Assembly: GCA_963770895.1 (NCBI GenBank)
Contig: CAVYRF010000001.1
Location: 992,001 to 1,056,000 of the forward strand
Direction of reading: 5' to 3'
Source of the DNA: an uncultured Acidobacteriota bacterium
GTDB taxonomy: Bacteria; Acidobacteriota; Thermoanaerobaculia; Multivoradales; UBA5704
DNA length: 64,000 nt
Each line of letters starts with the position of its first letter. The stretch's first letter is position 1. Below the pieces are notes generated by a model. It did not search any database. It saw only the letters and a program-made list of their open reading frames with translations, and was not told where the DNA came from. Position numbers and translations under genes: made by a program. Of this stretch, positions 1 through 9,313 are shown piece by piece.

Positions 1-1256
1 CGCGCAACGTCAATCCAGCGGTGGTGGCGCGCGAAGTGTGCGACATCCTGCGCAGCATGGCGGCGACGCGACGCATCGCCATCTCGCTGCGAGACGACGG
101 CGGCTGTTCGCGAGTCTTCACCGATCCCGCCAAGCTCAAGCAGGTGCTCTACAATTTCCTCTCGAACGCGATCAAGTTCACTCCCGAAGGCGGGCAGGTG
201 CACCTGCGCGTCGCGCCCGAGGGGGACGACGCCTTCCGCGTCGAGGTGCGGGATACGGGCATCGGGATCCGCGCCGAAGACGTCGTGCGCCTGTTCGTCG
301 AATTCCAACAGCTCGACGTCGGCAGCTCCAAGCGGTACGGCGGCACCGGCCTGGGCCTCGCCCTGACCAAGCGCATCGTCGAAGCGCAGGGCGGTCGCGT
401 CGGCGTCGAAAGCGTGCCCGGCCAGGGCAGCGTCTTCTATGCCGTCCTGCCGCTGGAATGCCCGCTGCCCGCCAGCCAGGACGCGGCACTCTCCACCCTT
501 CACCCGGGAGCCCCGACCATCCTGGTGGTCGAAGACCAGCTCAGCGACCGCATCTGGCTGGTCCGCCTGCTGACCGGCGCCGGCTACAACGTGCAGACCG
601 CGGCCACCGGACAGGAAGCGCTCGAGCACTGCGCGCGACACCGCTTCGCGGCCATCACGCTCGACCTGCTGCTGCCCGACTGCAACGGCCTCGACCTGTT
701 GCGATCCATCCGCACGGGAGCCGGCCCCAGCCACAACGCACCGGTCGTCATCGTCACCGTCGTAGCCGAATCGATCGCCGCCGAATTCCTGGTCCACGAC
801 TGCCTGACCAAGCCGTTTGCCGGCGACGAGCTGCTTGCCTCTCTTGCCAGCGCCGGCATCGTGGCGCCGGAGCACCCCACGGTGCTGGGAGTGCGTCTCG
901 ATCTCGAAACTGAGCGGTTGGTCAGAGCTACGCTCGAGCCGGCCGGCCATCGCGTGATCTTCGCCAACGATCAACAGGAAGCCCTGCGTCTGGCCGCCGA
1001 GCATCGCCCGCCCATCGTGATCCTGGATCCGCTGATGCTCGGCGCCGACGGCTTCGAGCTGGTCGAAAGCCTGCGCCGGAACACCGCAAACCTCGACACG
1101 GTGGTGCTGGTTTGCAAGGCGGGGGGGCTGGACGACGCCGATCGCCGGCAGCTGGAGGAGGTCGTCAGACAGGCGGGGCTCGCACCTTGCGCCGACGGCG
1201 CCGACGCGCTGATCGAACAGCTGCGCCACCGGCTCCAGGACAAGGCGCGCCGATAG
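1..1256 (+). CDS. Hybrid sensor histidine kinase, 5'-partial (HATPase_c + two receiver domains)
   Basis: N-box QVLYNFLSNAIKFT, G1 DTGIG, G2 GGTGLGL, then REC (ILVVED...ITLDLLLP) and a second, degenerate REC. The H-box is not seen and presumably lies upstream of the window. Confidence 0.9.
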   Translation, partial: RNVNPAVVAREVCDILRSMAATRRIAISLRDDGGCSRVFTDPAKLKQVLYNFLSNAIKFTPEGGQVHLRVAPEGDDAFRVEVRDTGIGIRAEDVVRLFVEFQQLDVGSSKRYGGTGLGLALTKRIVEAQGGRVGVESVPGQGSVFYAVLPLECPLPASQDAALSTLHPGAPTILVVEDQLSDRIWLVRLLTGAGYNVQTAATGQEALEHCARHRFAAITLDLLLPDCNGLDLLRSIRTGAGPSHNAPVVIVTVVAESIAAEFLVHDCLTKPFAGDELLASLASAGIVAPEHPTVLGVRLDLETERLVRATLEPAGHRVIFANDQQEALRLAAEHRPPIVILDPLMLGADGFELVESLRRNTANLDTVVLVCKAGGLDDADRRQLEEVVRQAGLAPCADGADALIEQLRHRLQDKARR

Positions 1257-1277
1257 CATGCCGGAGGCCTCGCGAAC

Positions 1278-1655
1278 GTGGCAGGCGAACCGATCCTGAT
1301 CGTGGACGACAATCCGGCCAACCTCAAGCTGGCGCGCGTCACCCTCGCCCTGGAAGGGTTCGAGGTGCGGGTGGCCGCCGATGCCGAAGAGGCGCTGGCC
1401 CTGCTCGCCGTGTTCCGGCCGCGGCTGATCCTGATGGATCTCCAGCTGCCGGGCATGGACGGCCTGACCTTCACGCGGCAGCTCAAGAGCGATCCCGCGA
1501 CGCGCGACATCCTCATCGTCGCCCTCACCGCATATGCAATGAAGGGGGACGAGGAAAAGGCGCGCGACGCCGGCTGCGACGGTTACATCACCAAGCCGAT
1601 CGACACCCGCTCGCTACCCATGGTGGTCGCCAGGCACCTGTCACAAGGCCCTTGA
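1278..1655 (+). CDS. Single-domain response regulator (DivK/CheY-like)
   Basis: ILIVDDN, ILMDLQLPGMDG, ALTAYAM, GYITKP; GGAGG upstream. Confidence 0.9.
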   Translation: MAGEPILIVDDNPANLKLARVTLALEGFEVRVAADAEEALALLAVFRPRLILMDLQLPGMDGLTFTRQLKSDPATRDILIVALTAYAMKGDEEKARDAGCDGYITKPIDTRSLPMVVARHLSQGP

Positions 1656-1800
1656 CCCCGATGCCGCTCACCGCTCTCGGCTGCCGCCGCGGCGACGGCG
1701 CGTTCTACAACCACGGCGCCGGTCAGCCCGCCATGACGACCGCCGGACCGCTAGGTTATACTGCTCATATCGTTGTGACACAGCTGCATGCCCGGGGGCC

Positions 1801-2937
1801 GTGGTGAGGCGCGCCGCAAACATCCTGATCGTTGACGACACCGAACAGAACCTGGTCATCCTGACAGACCTGGTGCGGGCGCTCGGCCACGACGTGCAAA
1901 CCGCCCGCGACGGTCTGGAGGCGTTGGTCAGCCTCTCCCCGGAGATCGACCTGCTGCTGCTCGACGTCATGATGCCCGGACTCGACGGCTACGCGGTGGC
2001 GCGCCGCCTGCGCGCCGACGCGCGATGGCGCGATCTGCCGGTGATCATGGTGACGGCGCTCAACAACCAACAGGACCGCCTGGCGGCCGTCGAAGCCGGT
2101 GCCAACGACTTCATCGGCAAGCCGGTGGATCCCACGGAGCTGCGCTTGCGCATCGAATCCCAGCTGCGCCTCAAAGAGGCGCGCGACGTGTTGCAACGGT
2201 CGCACGATGAGCTGGAAGCATTCGTCGCGCAGCGCACGGTCGAGCTGCGGCAGGCGCTGCTCGACATGGCGGAAGCGCGGCGCCATACCTACGGCGCGCA
2301 CGTCGATTCCATCCACCGCCTGGTCCTCGCCGCCGAATTCAAGGACGCCGGCACGGCCCACCACATCAAGCGCCTCAGCCGTTACAGCCGCATCCTGGCC
2401 GAGGCCCTGCAGCTGGCCCCCGGCGACGCCGAGATCCTGCGTCACGCCGTGACCATGCACGACGTGGGCAAGATCGGGATTCCCGACGCAATTCTGAGCA
2501 AGCCCGGCAAGCTCACCGGCGAAGAGCGCCGGATCATGGAATCGCACACGCTGATCGGCGCCCGCATCCTCGAAGGCTCGCCCTCCGAGCTGATCGAAGC
2601 CGGAAGGATCGTCGCCCTGACCCACCACGAGCGCTGGGACGGCGGCGGCTATCCCCACGGCATCGCCGGCGAGGAAATCCCGCTTTGGGGCCGCATCTGC
2701 GCGGTGATCGACGTCTTCGACGCGCTCACCACCCACCGACCCTACCGCGAGCCGATGCCGCTCACGGAGGCCTTGGCGGCGCTGGGCGCCGAGCGCGGGC
2801 GCCATTTCGACCCCGTGCTGGTCGACCATTTCCTGGCCCGCGCCGACGCGGTGCTGGCGTTGCACGGCGAGCTGCATGACAGGGAGCCGCCGGCAGACGC
2901 CACGCTGGCGCCGACGGCGCAGAGGGCACAGTCATGA
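1801..2937 (+). CDS. Response regulator with HD-GYP c-di-GMP phosphodiesterase domain (RpfG-like)
   Basis: N-terminal REC; HDVGKIG and HHERWDGGGYP motifs. Confidence 0.92.
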   Translation: MVRRAANILIVDDTEQNLVILTDLVRALGHDVQTARDGLEALVSLSPEIDLLLLDVMMPGLDGYAVARRLRADARWRDLPVIMVTALNNQQDRLAAVEAGANDFIGKPVDPTELRLRIESQLRLKEARDVLQRSHDELEAFVAQRTVELRQALLDMAEARRHTYGAHVDSIHRLVLAAEFKDAGTAHHIKRLSRYSRILAEALQLAPGDAEILRHAVTMHDVGKIGIPDAILSKPGKLTGEERRIMESHTLIGARILEGSPSELIEAGRIVALTHHERWDGGGYPHGIAGEEIPLWGRICAVIDVFDALTTHRPYREPMPLTEALAALGAERGRHFDPVLVDHFLARADAVLALHGELHDREPPADATLAPTAQRAQS

Positions 2938-3566
2938 TTCGAGTGCTGCTGGCGGATGATCACCCGGTGGTGCGCAGCGGATTGCGCGCCATCCTGCAGA
3001 CCGATCCCACCATCGAAGTGGTGAGCGAGGCCGGCAGCGGCGAAGAAGCGATCGATCGCTCGCGCACCAGCCGGCCGCAGGTCGTGCTGCTGGACATCGC
3101 GATGCCGGGCCGCGGCGGCATCGAGACGGCACAGGAGATCAAGCGGCTGCAGCCTGGCGTCAAGGTGCTGATGCTGACGATGCATCCCGAGGATCATTTT
3201 GCGGTGCGCTGCCTGCGCGAGGGAGCCGACGGTTACATCACCAAGGACGCGGCCCCCGAGCTGCTGGTACAGGCCGTGCACAAACTGGCCGCCGGCGGCA
3301 AGTACGTCAGCCCGGCGCTCGCCGAGCGCCTGGCGCTGTATCTCGACACCCGCTCCCAGCAGGCGCCGCACGAACAGCTGTCCAACCGCGAATTCGAGAT
3401 CATGCTGCTCATCGCCGCCGGCAAGCGCCCCAAGGACATCGCCACGCAGCTGCACCTGAGCATCAAGACGGTGAGCACCTACCGCACGCGCATCCTGCAG
3501 AAGATGAACTTCAAGACCAATGCCGACATCATGCGCTACGCGTTCGAAACCAAGCTCGAACGTTAG
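2934..3566 (+). CDS. NarL/LuxR-family DNA-binding response regulator, UvrY/GacA-like
   Basis: VLLADDH REC plus LSNREFEI...LSIKTVSTYRTRI HTH; ATGA overlap with the upstream gene. Confidence 0.92.
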   Translation: MIRVLLADDHPVVRSGLRAILQTDPTIEVVSEAGSGEEAIDRSRTSRPQVVLLDIAMPGRGGIETAQEIKRLQPGVKVLMLTMHPEDHFAVRCLREGADGYITKDAAPELLVQAVHKLAAGGKYVSPALAERLALYLDTRSQQAPHEQLSNREFEIMLLIAAGKRPKDIATQLHLSIKTVSTYRTRILQKMNFKTNADIMRYAFETKLER

Positions 3567-3600
3567 TATCCCGACTCGGGACACCAGCCGGCCGGCACCC

Positions 3601-3981
3601 TCATTCGCCGTCGGAGACGCGACGGCCGATCAACCGGGCAATGTCCGCGGCAAAGGTGCGCGTGTCGATCGGCTTGGCAAAGAACGCTTCGCAGCCGGCG
3701 GCGACGGCCTGATCCCGGTCGCTGCCGTCGGCTGCGGCGCTCATCATCGCGATCGGGACGTGCCGCGTCTGCGGATCACGGCGCAGGTCGAGGGCGACCT
3801 CGAAGCCGCTGATCCCCGGCAGGCATACGTCGAGCAGAATGAGGTCAGGCTTGCGTTCGCGTACCTGCGCCAGCGCCGCGACGCCCGTCGCCGCATGGCT
3901 CACCACGTAACCCTCGCCGGCCAGCAGCGCACGCATCAAATTGAAGTGGAGCAGGTGATCTTCTACAATGAGGATTTCCAT
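3601..3981 (-). CDS. Single-domain response regulator (DivK-like)
   Basis: ILIVED, ILLDVCLPGISG, FFAKPID. Confidence 0.88.
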   Translation of the reverse strand: MEILIVEDHLLHFNLMRALLAGEGYVVSHAATGVAALAQVRERKPDLILLDVCLPGISGFEVALDLRRDPQTRHVPIAMMSAAADGSDRDQAVAAGCEAFFAKPIDTRTFAADIARLIGRRVSDGE

Positions 3982-3997
3982 CGATCGAACCTCGGCA

Positions 3998-4015
3998 TGT
4001 AGGAATATTCCTACA
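3998..4015. promoter_or_regulatory. Perfect 18-bp palindrome TGTAGGAATATTCCTACA, candidate UvrY/GacA-type binding site
   Basis: Self-complementary. Lies between divergent genes and resembles the GacA box TGTAAG-N6-CTTACA. Confidence 0.65.
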
Positions 4016-4255
4016 ACCAGTAAGCCCTTCAGAGCGGCGGATCAGGGAGAATTCCCGACGCCAGCCGCAGGCAAATGTCCGATGCCGCGATCCCCACGCT
4101 GGCCCTACGCTTCCGTTGCCATGCCGGACCTGGACGCACGCAGGCGGGCGCCGCGCGCCGCGCCTGGCCAGGAATTGCTTACGGCGATGGCATCGTGCTG
4201 TGATCAGTATCTCACGTTTCTTGACCGGCCGACGTGCCTGAAAGAGTCCTTCGCC

Positions 4256-5524
4256 ATGTCCGACAGCAACCCAACCCGCGACGATGCCGTGCCGGCGCTC
4301 GCATCTGCCGACGCGCAAAAAATCGAAGCGCGCCTGCTCTGGGCCGAGCGCATGGAAAGCCTGGCGGCCCTCACCTCCGGGATCACCCATTCGCTCAGCA
4401 ACCTGCTCGCCTCCACGCTGATGTCGGTAGACCTGGTGCTGCGCACCAGCCCGGAGGGCACACACAACCAGCTGCTCACCTCGCTCCAGGCGATGACCCG
4501 CGACAGCCTGGAGATGGTGCGCCAGCTGATGTGGATCGCGCGCGGGGTGGAAGGCGCGCCGGTCGTCTTCCAGGCGCAGTACCTGTTCGTGGAAATTCAA
4601 CGCCTGCTGGAGGTCTCCGTCCCCGCCGTGCCGGTCATCACCGAATATCCCGAAGACCTCTGGCCGCTCCAGGGAGATCCGCACCGCTTCGTGCAGCTGG
4701 TCCTGGCGCTCTGCCTGGAGGCCAACCGCCATCTTCCGGCCGGCGCCGCGATCTTCCTGAGCGCCGCCAATGTCGCGCCTCCTTCGGCGGCAGGCGCGGA
4801 CCGGCATATTGCGATCGAGGTGGAGGTGCGGGCGCATCCGTCGTCGCTGTCGGCCGGCGCTGCCGCACCCGGTGCGCGCAGGGCCCCCGCAAAAACGACT
4901 GCGCGCGCCCATCCTCCGGGCCTCTGGCTGGTGGAACGCCCGCGGTGCCCCGCGGCGGCCCTTGCCGTGGGCGCCGGCGGCGCCTTCGAGGCGCTGCAGC
5001 CGCCGGCGGGGCGCGGCGCGCGTATCGTCCTGCCGGCGGCCGGCACGCCTGCCAACCCAGCCGCGCCGGCGGGCGAGCCGCCGCGCGGCGACGGCGCTCG
5101 CGTCGTCATCTGCGAGGAAGCGCCGATCCTCGCTCAGGCTCTCACCGAAGTGTTGGCCGGGCACGGCTACCAGGCGGTCGTCGCGCCCCGCTCGCAGCCG
5201 CGTCCCGCCGATGCGCCCGGTTTGGGAAGCCTGAAGGACCACGGGAAGGTGGACGAAGGGATCGATCTGGCCAGGTGCCCCGGCGACCTGCTGCTGGTGG
5301 CCGCGGATCTCGACGCCGCCGGTCTCTGGCAAATGTGCGCCGCGGCCGCCCAGGCCACGGTGCCCGTCATCCTGATGGTCGACGCCGCAACCGCGAGCCG
5401 GCTCGAGCGAGAGACGCCCGATCGGCCGCGCGGCTTTTCGCCGGCGGCCATCCTGCGCAAACCCTTTACCGCCCGCGAGCTGCTGTTCGCGCTCGCCGGC
5501 AGCGGCCAGCGTGCCTGCCCGTGA
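4256..5524 (+). CDS. Degenerate hybrid histidine-kinase-like protein (pseudo-kinase with pseudo-receiver)
   Basis: ERMESLAALTSGITHSLSNLL resembles a CckA-type H-box. N and G boxes are eroded (QLVLALCLEANRHL, no DxGxG). The REC-like tail ends in ILRKPFT. Confidence 0.6.
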   Translation: MSDSNPTRDDAVPALASADAQKIEARLLWAERMESLAALTSGITHSLSNLLASTLMSVDLVLRTSPEGTHNQLLTSLQAMTRDSLEMVRQLMWIARGVEGAPVVFQAQYLFVEIQRLLEVSVPAVPVITEYPEDLWPLQGDPHRFVQLVLALCLEANRHLPAGAAIFLSAANVAPPSAAGADRHIAIEVEVRAHPSSLSAGAAAPGARRAPAKTTARAHPPGLWLVERPRCPAAALAVGAGGAFEALQPPAGRGARIVLPAAGTPANPAAPAGEPPRGDGARVVICEEAPILAQALTEVLAGHGYQAVVAPRSQPRPADAPGLGSLKDHGKVDEGIDLARCPGDLLLVAADLDAAGLWQMCAAAAQATVPVILMVDAATASRLERETPDRPRGFSPAAILRKPFTARELLFALAGSGQRACP

Positions 5525-5685
5525 TCGGCACTGTGCATGCCCTCGGATCGATGGGGGAGCAGCAGGCATTGATCGTGCTCGGGCAGGAGGCGCAGGCGCT
5601 GCGCGGCGACGCCCTGCTTATAACGTCCACAAGCGTGGCTTGAGCGCCACGACCTCGACGCGTCTTCTGGCCGGCCCCTGGTAAT

Positions 5686-6087
5686 CTAGGCCAAGGGTGG
5701 CAGAAGGAAGCGGCAGCGCGGACCGGCGGCTCTGGCGAGGCGCTGATCAAGCGTCGCCATGGGAAGGTCGCACTGTTCGGCCACTGCAACGTACCAGGCG
5801 TCATAGCTCGAAACGTTGCCTCGCAGCTCCGAGACCCGCTCTGCGAAAGGTATGAAGGGCACCAGCTCGAGGTCGAACTGGAGAAGGTCACGGGCGGCGG
5901 TAGCGGCTTCCATCCGGCCAAGACGGCCCGCAAGCTCGAAGCGGCGGAGGATGTTCGTGGCCTCGACGAGAGCCAGGTGAGGCGCGACCAAGCCGCCTGC
6001 GCGCATCACGTCCTCCGCCCACCTCCCGGCGGGTCCCATATCCGAGGTCGCAGCAACCAAGAGCGAGGCGTCGACGACCGCGCTCAC
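5686..6087 (-). CDS. vapC: PIN-domain toxin (VapC family)
   Basis: VVDAS, E..N, YDAWYVAVAE, ATLDQRL PIN motifs. Confidence 0.9.
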   Translation of the reverse strand: MSAVVDASLLVAATSDMGPAGRWAEDVMRAGGLVAPHLALVEATNILRRFELAGRLGRMEAATAARDLLQFDLELVPFIPFAERVSELRGNVSSYDAWYVAVAEQCDLPMATLDQRLARAAGPRCRFLLPPLA

Positions 6088-6320
6088 CGGCGGTCCGCGT
6101 CGCGATGGGTCAGGATCTCCTCCGCAGAGAGCCTGGTTCCTGCCGTCGCCTTGCGCTCACGGATCCGCTCGAGCACCTTGTCGACCGGCGGGCGCGCAGC
6201 CAGACGCTCCAACTCGGCACGCAGGTATTCCTGCATCGACTTGCCCTGCAGAGATGCCCGCGCGGCAAGCTCATCCCTAACCGCATTTGGCACGTCACGG
6301 ATGGTGATTTGAACGCTCAT
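6084..6320 (-). CDS. RHH antitoxin (FitA/VapB-like)
   Basis: MSVQITIRDVPNAVRDELAARA...GKSMQEYLR; overlaps the vapC start by 4 nt. Confidence 0.85.
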   Translation of the reverse strand: MSVQITIRDVPNAVRDELAARASLQGKSMQEYLRAELERLAARPPVDKVLERIRERKATAGTRLSAEEILTHRDADRR

Positions 6321-6323
6321 GGC

Positions 6324-6355
6324 TGCATTTTGACGCTGCTGACCGCAAAATGCAA
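6324..6355 (-). promoter_or_regulatory. TA promoter/operator: inverted repeat TGCATTTTG-N13-CAAAATGCA overlapping TTGCAT-N17-CAAAAT; probably leaderless mRNA
   Basis: Arms at 6324-6332 and 6346-6354. The -10-like hexamer ends 6 nt before the antitoxin ATG. Confidence 0.6.
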
Positions 6356-6447
6356 GCGCCGGCGGAGGGCGCATGGAGAGCAGTTCACGGCGAGGCGGAG
6401 ATGCGCCCGACGGCAGTTGCTGGGGGCAGGGGTGCCGGTCCATCGGC

Positions 6448-6707
6448 GCTGGCCGCCGCGGCGGACATCGCCCTGGCCGCCGCTGCCAGGCCCGCCGCCG
6501 CCTCGGGCGTGGTGGACGCCGGGCTCTGTCACGGCGCGGCGGGAGTGGCGCACCTGTTCGCGCGCCTGCACCTCGCGCCCGGCTCCGCGGCGCTGGCCGA
6601 CGCCGCCCGCGGCTGGCTACGCCGGGCGCTTGACCTGCGCAGCCCCGACCGCGGCCCCGGCGGCTTTGCCAGCTGGGCCGATACCTCGGCAGGCGGTACC
6701 TGGTGCG
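6448..6707 (+). pseudogene. Internal fragment of a LanC cyclase gene (copy of 20615-20874)
   Basis: About 260 bp colinear with lanC at offset 14,167, roughly 10 mismatches by eye; encodes DAGLCHGAAGVAHLFARL. Confidence 0.88.
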
Positions 6708-6802
6708 GCCGTCACGCCCTCAGCGGCAAGGCCCGCCCCGTGGGCGCCTGGCCAGGACAGGCGACCGTCGCGGCAAAACGATTCTATCCATCCGCCTACC
6801 TA

Positions 6803-7225
6803 TCACTTTCGCATTGCAGGCGTGTGGGTGATGCCCACCAGCAGGCCTTCCGGTCCGAGCAGCCGTGTTACGACCTGGCCCCAGGGTTCCTTTTGCGCCG
6901 CTACCAGCAGCCTGTAGCCCTGCGACTGCAATTGCGCGTTGGCTTGTTCGATGTGCTCGACGTCGAATTCGATCCAGGCTTGCGGCACGGATAGATCGCC
7001 CGGCCATTGATCCTTGCCAAAGCAGGATTTCGCTGCCTGCGCCAAGGGCCATAGGGCGAAATGCTTCACTCCGTCCAGCTCTCCCGTGTGCAGGTAGCCG
7101 TCGGCGTCTTCCTTGAGCGGCAGGCCCAGTGTCTCGGAATACAACTTGCGGCTGGCGGCCGGGTCGCGGACGATCGGGCCGAAGCCAGCGACGAAGAGCA
7201 CATTGATATTGTTCGGTGTTTCCAT
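6803..7225 (-). CDS. VOC/glyoxalase family protein
   Basis: VRDPAASRKLYSETLGL, IEFDVEHI, EPWGQVVTRLLGPEG; AGGAGG RBS before ATG at 7225. Confidence 0.85.
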   Translation of the reverse strand: METPNNINVLFVAGFGPIVRDPAASRKLYSETLGLPLKEDADGYLHTGELDGVKHFALWPLAQAAKSCFGKDQWPGDLSVPQAWIEFDVEHIEQANAQLQSQGYRLLVAAQKEPWGQVVTRLLGPEGLLVGITHTPAMRK

Positions 7226-7300
7226 CGGTTCCTCCTGTGATCTAGCCTGGGATCGTACCGCGAGCGGGGTTCCTGCGGCGGCACGGGCCATGCGGCTGGT

Positions 7301-7459
7301 TTCCCGCAGCTCACCATGGGGCTCGCCCTGCCGCTTCTGGTGATGACGGCGGCGGCGCTCGCGACCGGCGACCCGTCGTGGAACCGGTCCGCCCGCTTCT
7401 GGGCCGGAATCTTCGCCGTCAACTTCGTCATGGGAGTGGTCACCGGCATTCCCATGGAG
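7301..7459 (+). pseudogene. cydA: N-terminal fragment of cytochrome bd oxidase subunit I
   Basis: FPQLTMGLA...RFWAGIFAVNFVMGVVTGIPME; similarity breaks where FQFGTNW would follow. Confidence 0.8.
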
Positions 7460-7585
7460 GGCGCTTGCCGCGGCGCCGCCGCCGTCCTTCCCAGGCTCTG
7501 GCCGTAACAATTCGGTCGCTTTGGTCGCCTCCTTTCTTATCAGCCGTAGCGCTCTCACGGCGCCAGCGGATTGCAAGGAGGAAGC

Positions 7586-7951
7586 ATGAGCGAGAAAACC
7601 AATCCCAGGAAACGCGGCTCGGACCTGCTGCGGGAGCTGCACGGGGACCATCACGGGCTCGACAAGCAGTCGCTCGATCTGATCGACACGGTGCTGGAGG
7701 ACGAATCCGTCCAGCTCCTGGGCTGGCATCGCTATGGCCAGCCGGCCGTCGATCAGCTCGTCGGTACATTTCTGGTTGAGGGCAGCAGCGTGGCTTCCCT
7801 GGTCGGCAAATTCCGCCAGGGCCTGCCCTGGGGCGTCAACGTCTTTCCGTACGGCATCCCACCGATCTACCTGACGGTGGTGCAGGTCACCCAGAACGGC
7901 GGTCCTTCTGCCGTCGCTTCCGCCAACGTGACTCCCGCCGCGGGCACCTAG
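7586..7951 (+). CDS. Uncharacterised 121-aa protein with two YG(Q/I)P motifs; putative radical SAM substrate/partner
   Basis: AAGGAGG RBS; GWHRYGQPAVD and VFPYGIPPIY pseudo-repeats; ends 10 nt before the rSAM gene. Confidence 0.8.
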   Translation: MSEKTNPRKRGSDLLRELHGDHHGLDKQSLDLIDTVLEDESVQLLGWHRYGQPAVDQLVGTFLVEGSSVASLVGKFRQGLPWGVNVFPYGIPPIYLTVVQVTQNGGPSAVASANVTPAAGT

Positions 7952-7961
7952 ATCGACCGCC

Positions 7962-9080
7962 ATGAGCTGCACAGGAGCCACACGGGTCGTCCAGGTGCAC
8001 CCGACTCGCCGCTGCAACCTCCGGTGCCTACACTGCTACTCGTCCTCCGGGCCCGAGGTGCGCGGCGGGCTGGCCGTGGGGCTCCTGTGCACGGCTCTCG
8101 CCGACGCTGTCGCCGAAGGCTACACGGCGATGGCGGTCTCGGGCGGCGAGCCGCTGCTGTACCGCCCGCTGCCGGAGCTGCTGGGTACCGCCCGCCGGCT
8201 CGGTATGATTACGGCGCTCACCACCAATGGCATGTTGCTTGACGAGCGCCGGCTCGCCTCCCTGGCCGGCGCTCTCGACCTGTTGGTCATCAGCCTCGAC
8301 GGCAAGCCGGCCTCGCACGACCGCATGCGCAACGACCCGCGCGCTTTCGCCACGATGGCCGGCCGGCTGCCCGGCCTGCGGCAGGCCGGCCTGCCCTTCG
8401 GGTTTCTCTTCACTCTCACGCAATACAACCTGCACGAGCTCGATTGGGTGGCCGCCTTTGCCGTGGAGCAGGGAGCGCGCCTGCTGCAGATCCATCCGCT
8501 CGAGCCGGCCGGACGGGCAGGCGAGACTCTGGCCGAGGAGTGCCCGGACGACGAAGAGGGGAGCTGGGCGTTCCTGGTTGCCGCTGAGCTTCAAGAGAAG
8601 TACGGCGAAAGGTTGCGCGTTCACCTGGACTTCGTAAGCCGCCGCGCCATCGCCGGACGCGCCGGCCATTTCTTCGCCGGCGCCGAGCCGGTGCCGGCGG
8701 CATCCCGCCGGGAGTGCGCGTTGCCGGCGCCGGGTGGAGCCCCGGCGGCCGCCGCCACCGGCCCCGATGCCGACGGCGATGCCGATGCTGAGAAGTGGCC
8801 ACCGCTCTCGGCGCTGGTACAGCCGCTTGTCATCGAGGCCGACGGCGAGTTGGTGCCGCTCGAGTATGGGTTCCCGCGTCACCTCTCGCTGGGGAACCTC
8901 CATGAGGCGCCGCTGCCGGCGCTCGCCGAGCGCTGGCGCCGCGAGCGCCAACCCGCCTTCCGCCGTCTTTGTCGAGCGGCCTTCGCGTCGGTCGTCGAGG
9001 CGCCTCGCACCGCGGCGCCGCTCACCAGCTGGGGCGAAGCGCTGCGGCGGGCGGATGAAGGGCTCAGATGTGCGCCGTGA
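7962..9080 (+). CDS. Radical SAM enzyme with Cys-deficient SPASM/twitch-like C-terminus
   Basis: CNLRCLHC (CxxxCxxC), SGGEPLL, TTNG, ISLDG; C-terminal LVIEADGELVPL...LGNL. Confidence 0.92.
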   Translation: MSCTGATRVVQVHPTRRCNLRCLHCYSSSGPEVRGGLAVGLLCTALADAVAEGYTAMAVSGGEPLLYRPLPELLGTARRLGMITALTTNGMLLDERRLASLAGALDLLVISLDGKPASHDRMRNDPRAFATMAGRLPGLRQAGLPFGFLFTLTQYNLHELDWVAAFAVEQGARLLQIHPLEPAGRAGETLAEECPDDEEGSWAFLVAAELQEKYGERLRVHLDFVSRRAIAGRAGHFFAGAEPVPAASRRECALPAPGGAPAAAATGPDADGDADAEKWPPLSALVQPLVIEADGELVPLEYGFPRHLSLGNLHEAPLPALAERWRRERQPAFRRLCRAAFASVVEAPRTAAPLTSWGEALRRADEGLRCAP

Positions 9081-9313
9081 CAGTGCTGCCCAGGCGGCCG
9101 CCGGCTCGGCGATCCAGCGGAAGCCGCGGCCGGTCAGGGGCAGGCGGATCTGTTGCGCAACCTAAGATGGTTTGGCGCTTGCTGATCCTCGGAAAGCGTC
9201 GGAAAAAGCAGTCTGCCAAGATCCCGGGGGCGGTATGGCGGGCCGCGCCGCAAAAGCGGTTCTCTGGGTCGTCTCGCTCAGCAGCGCGGCCGGGTGTTAA
9301 CCCCTTCGGAAGG

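Noticed and set aside
6350-6994. 214-aa ORF as a real LanC-like gene
   Set aside because: Only the central ~87 codons match LanC; the rest is non-homologous and overlaps the VOC gene antisense.
7226-8017. 404-aa extended version of the VOC gene
   Set aside because: The extension is antisense to the cydA fragment and the rSAM partner; a strong RBS supports a start at 7225.
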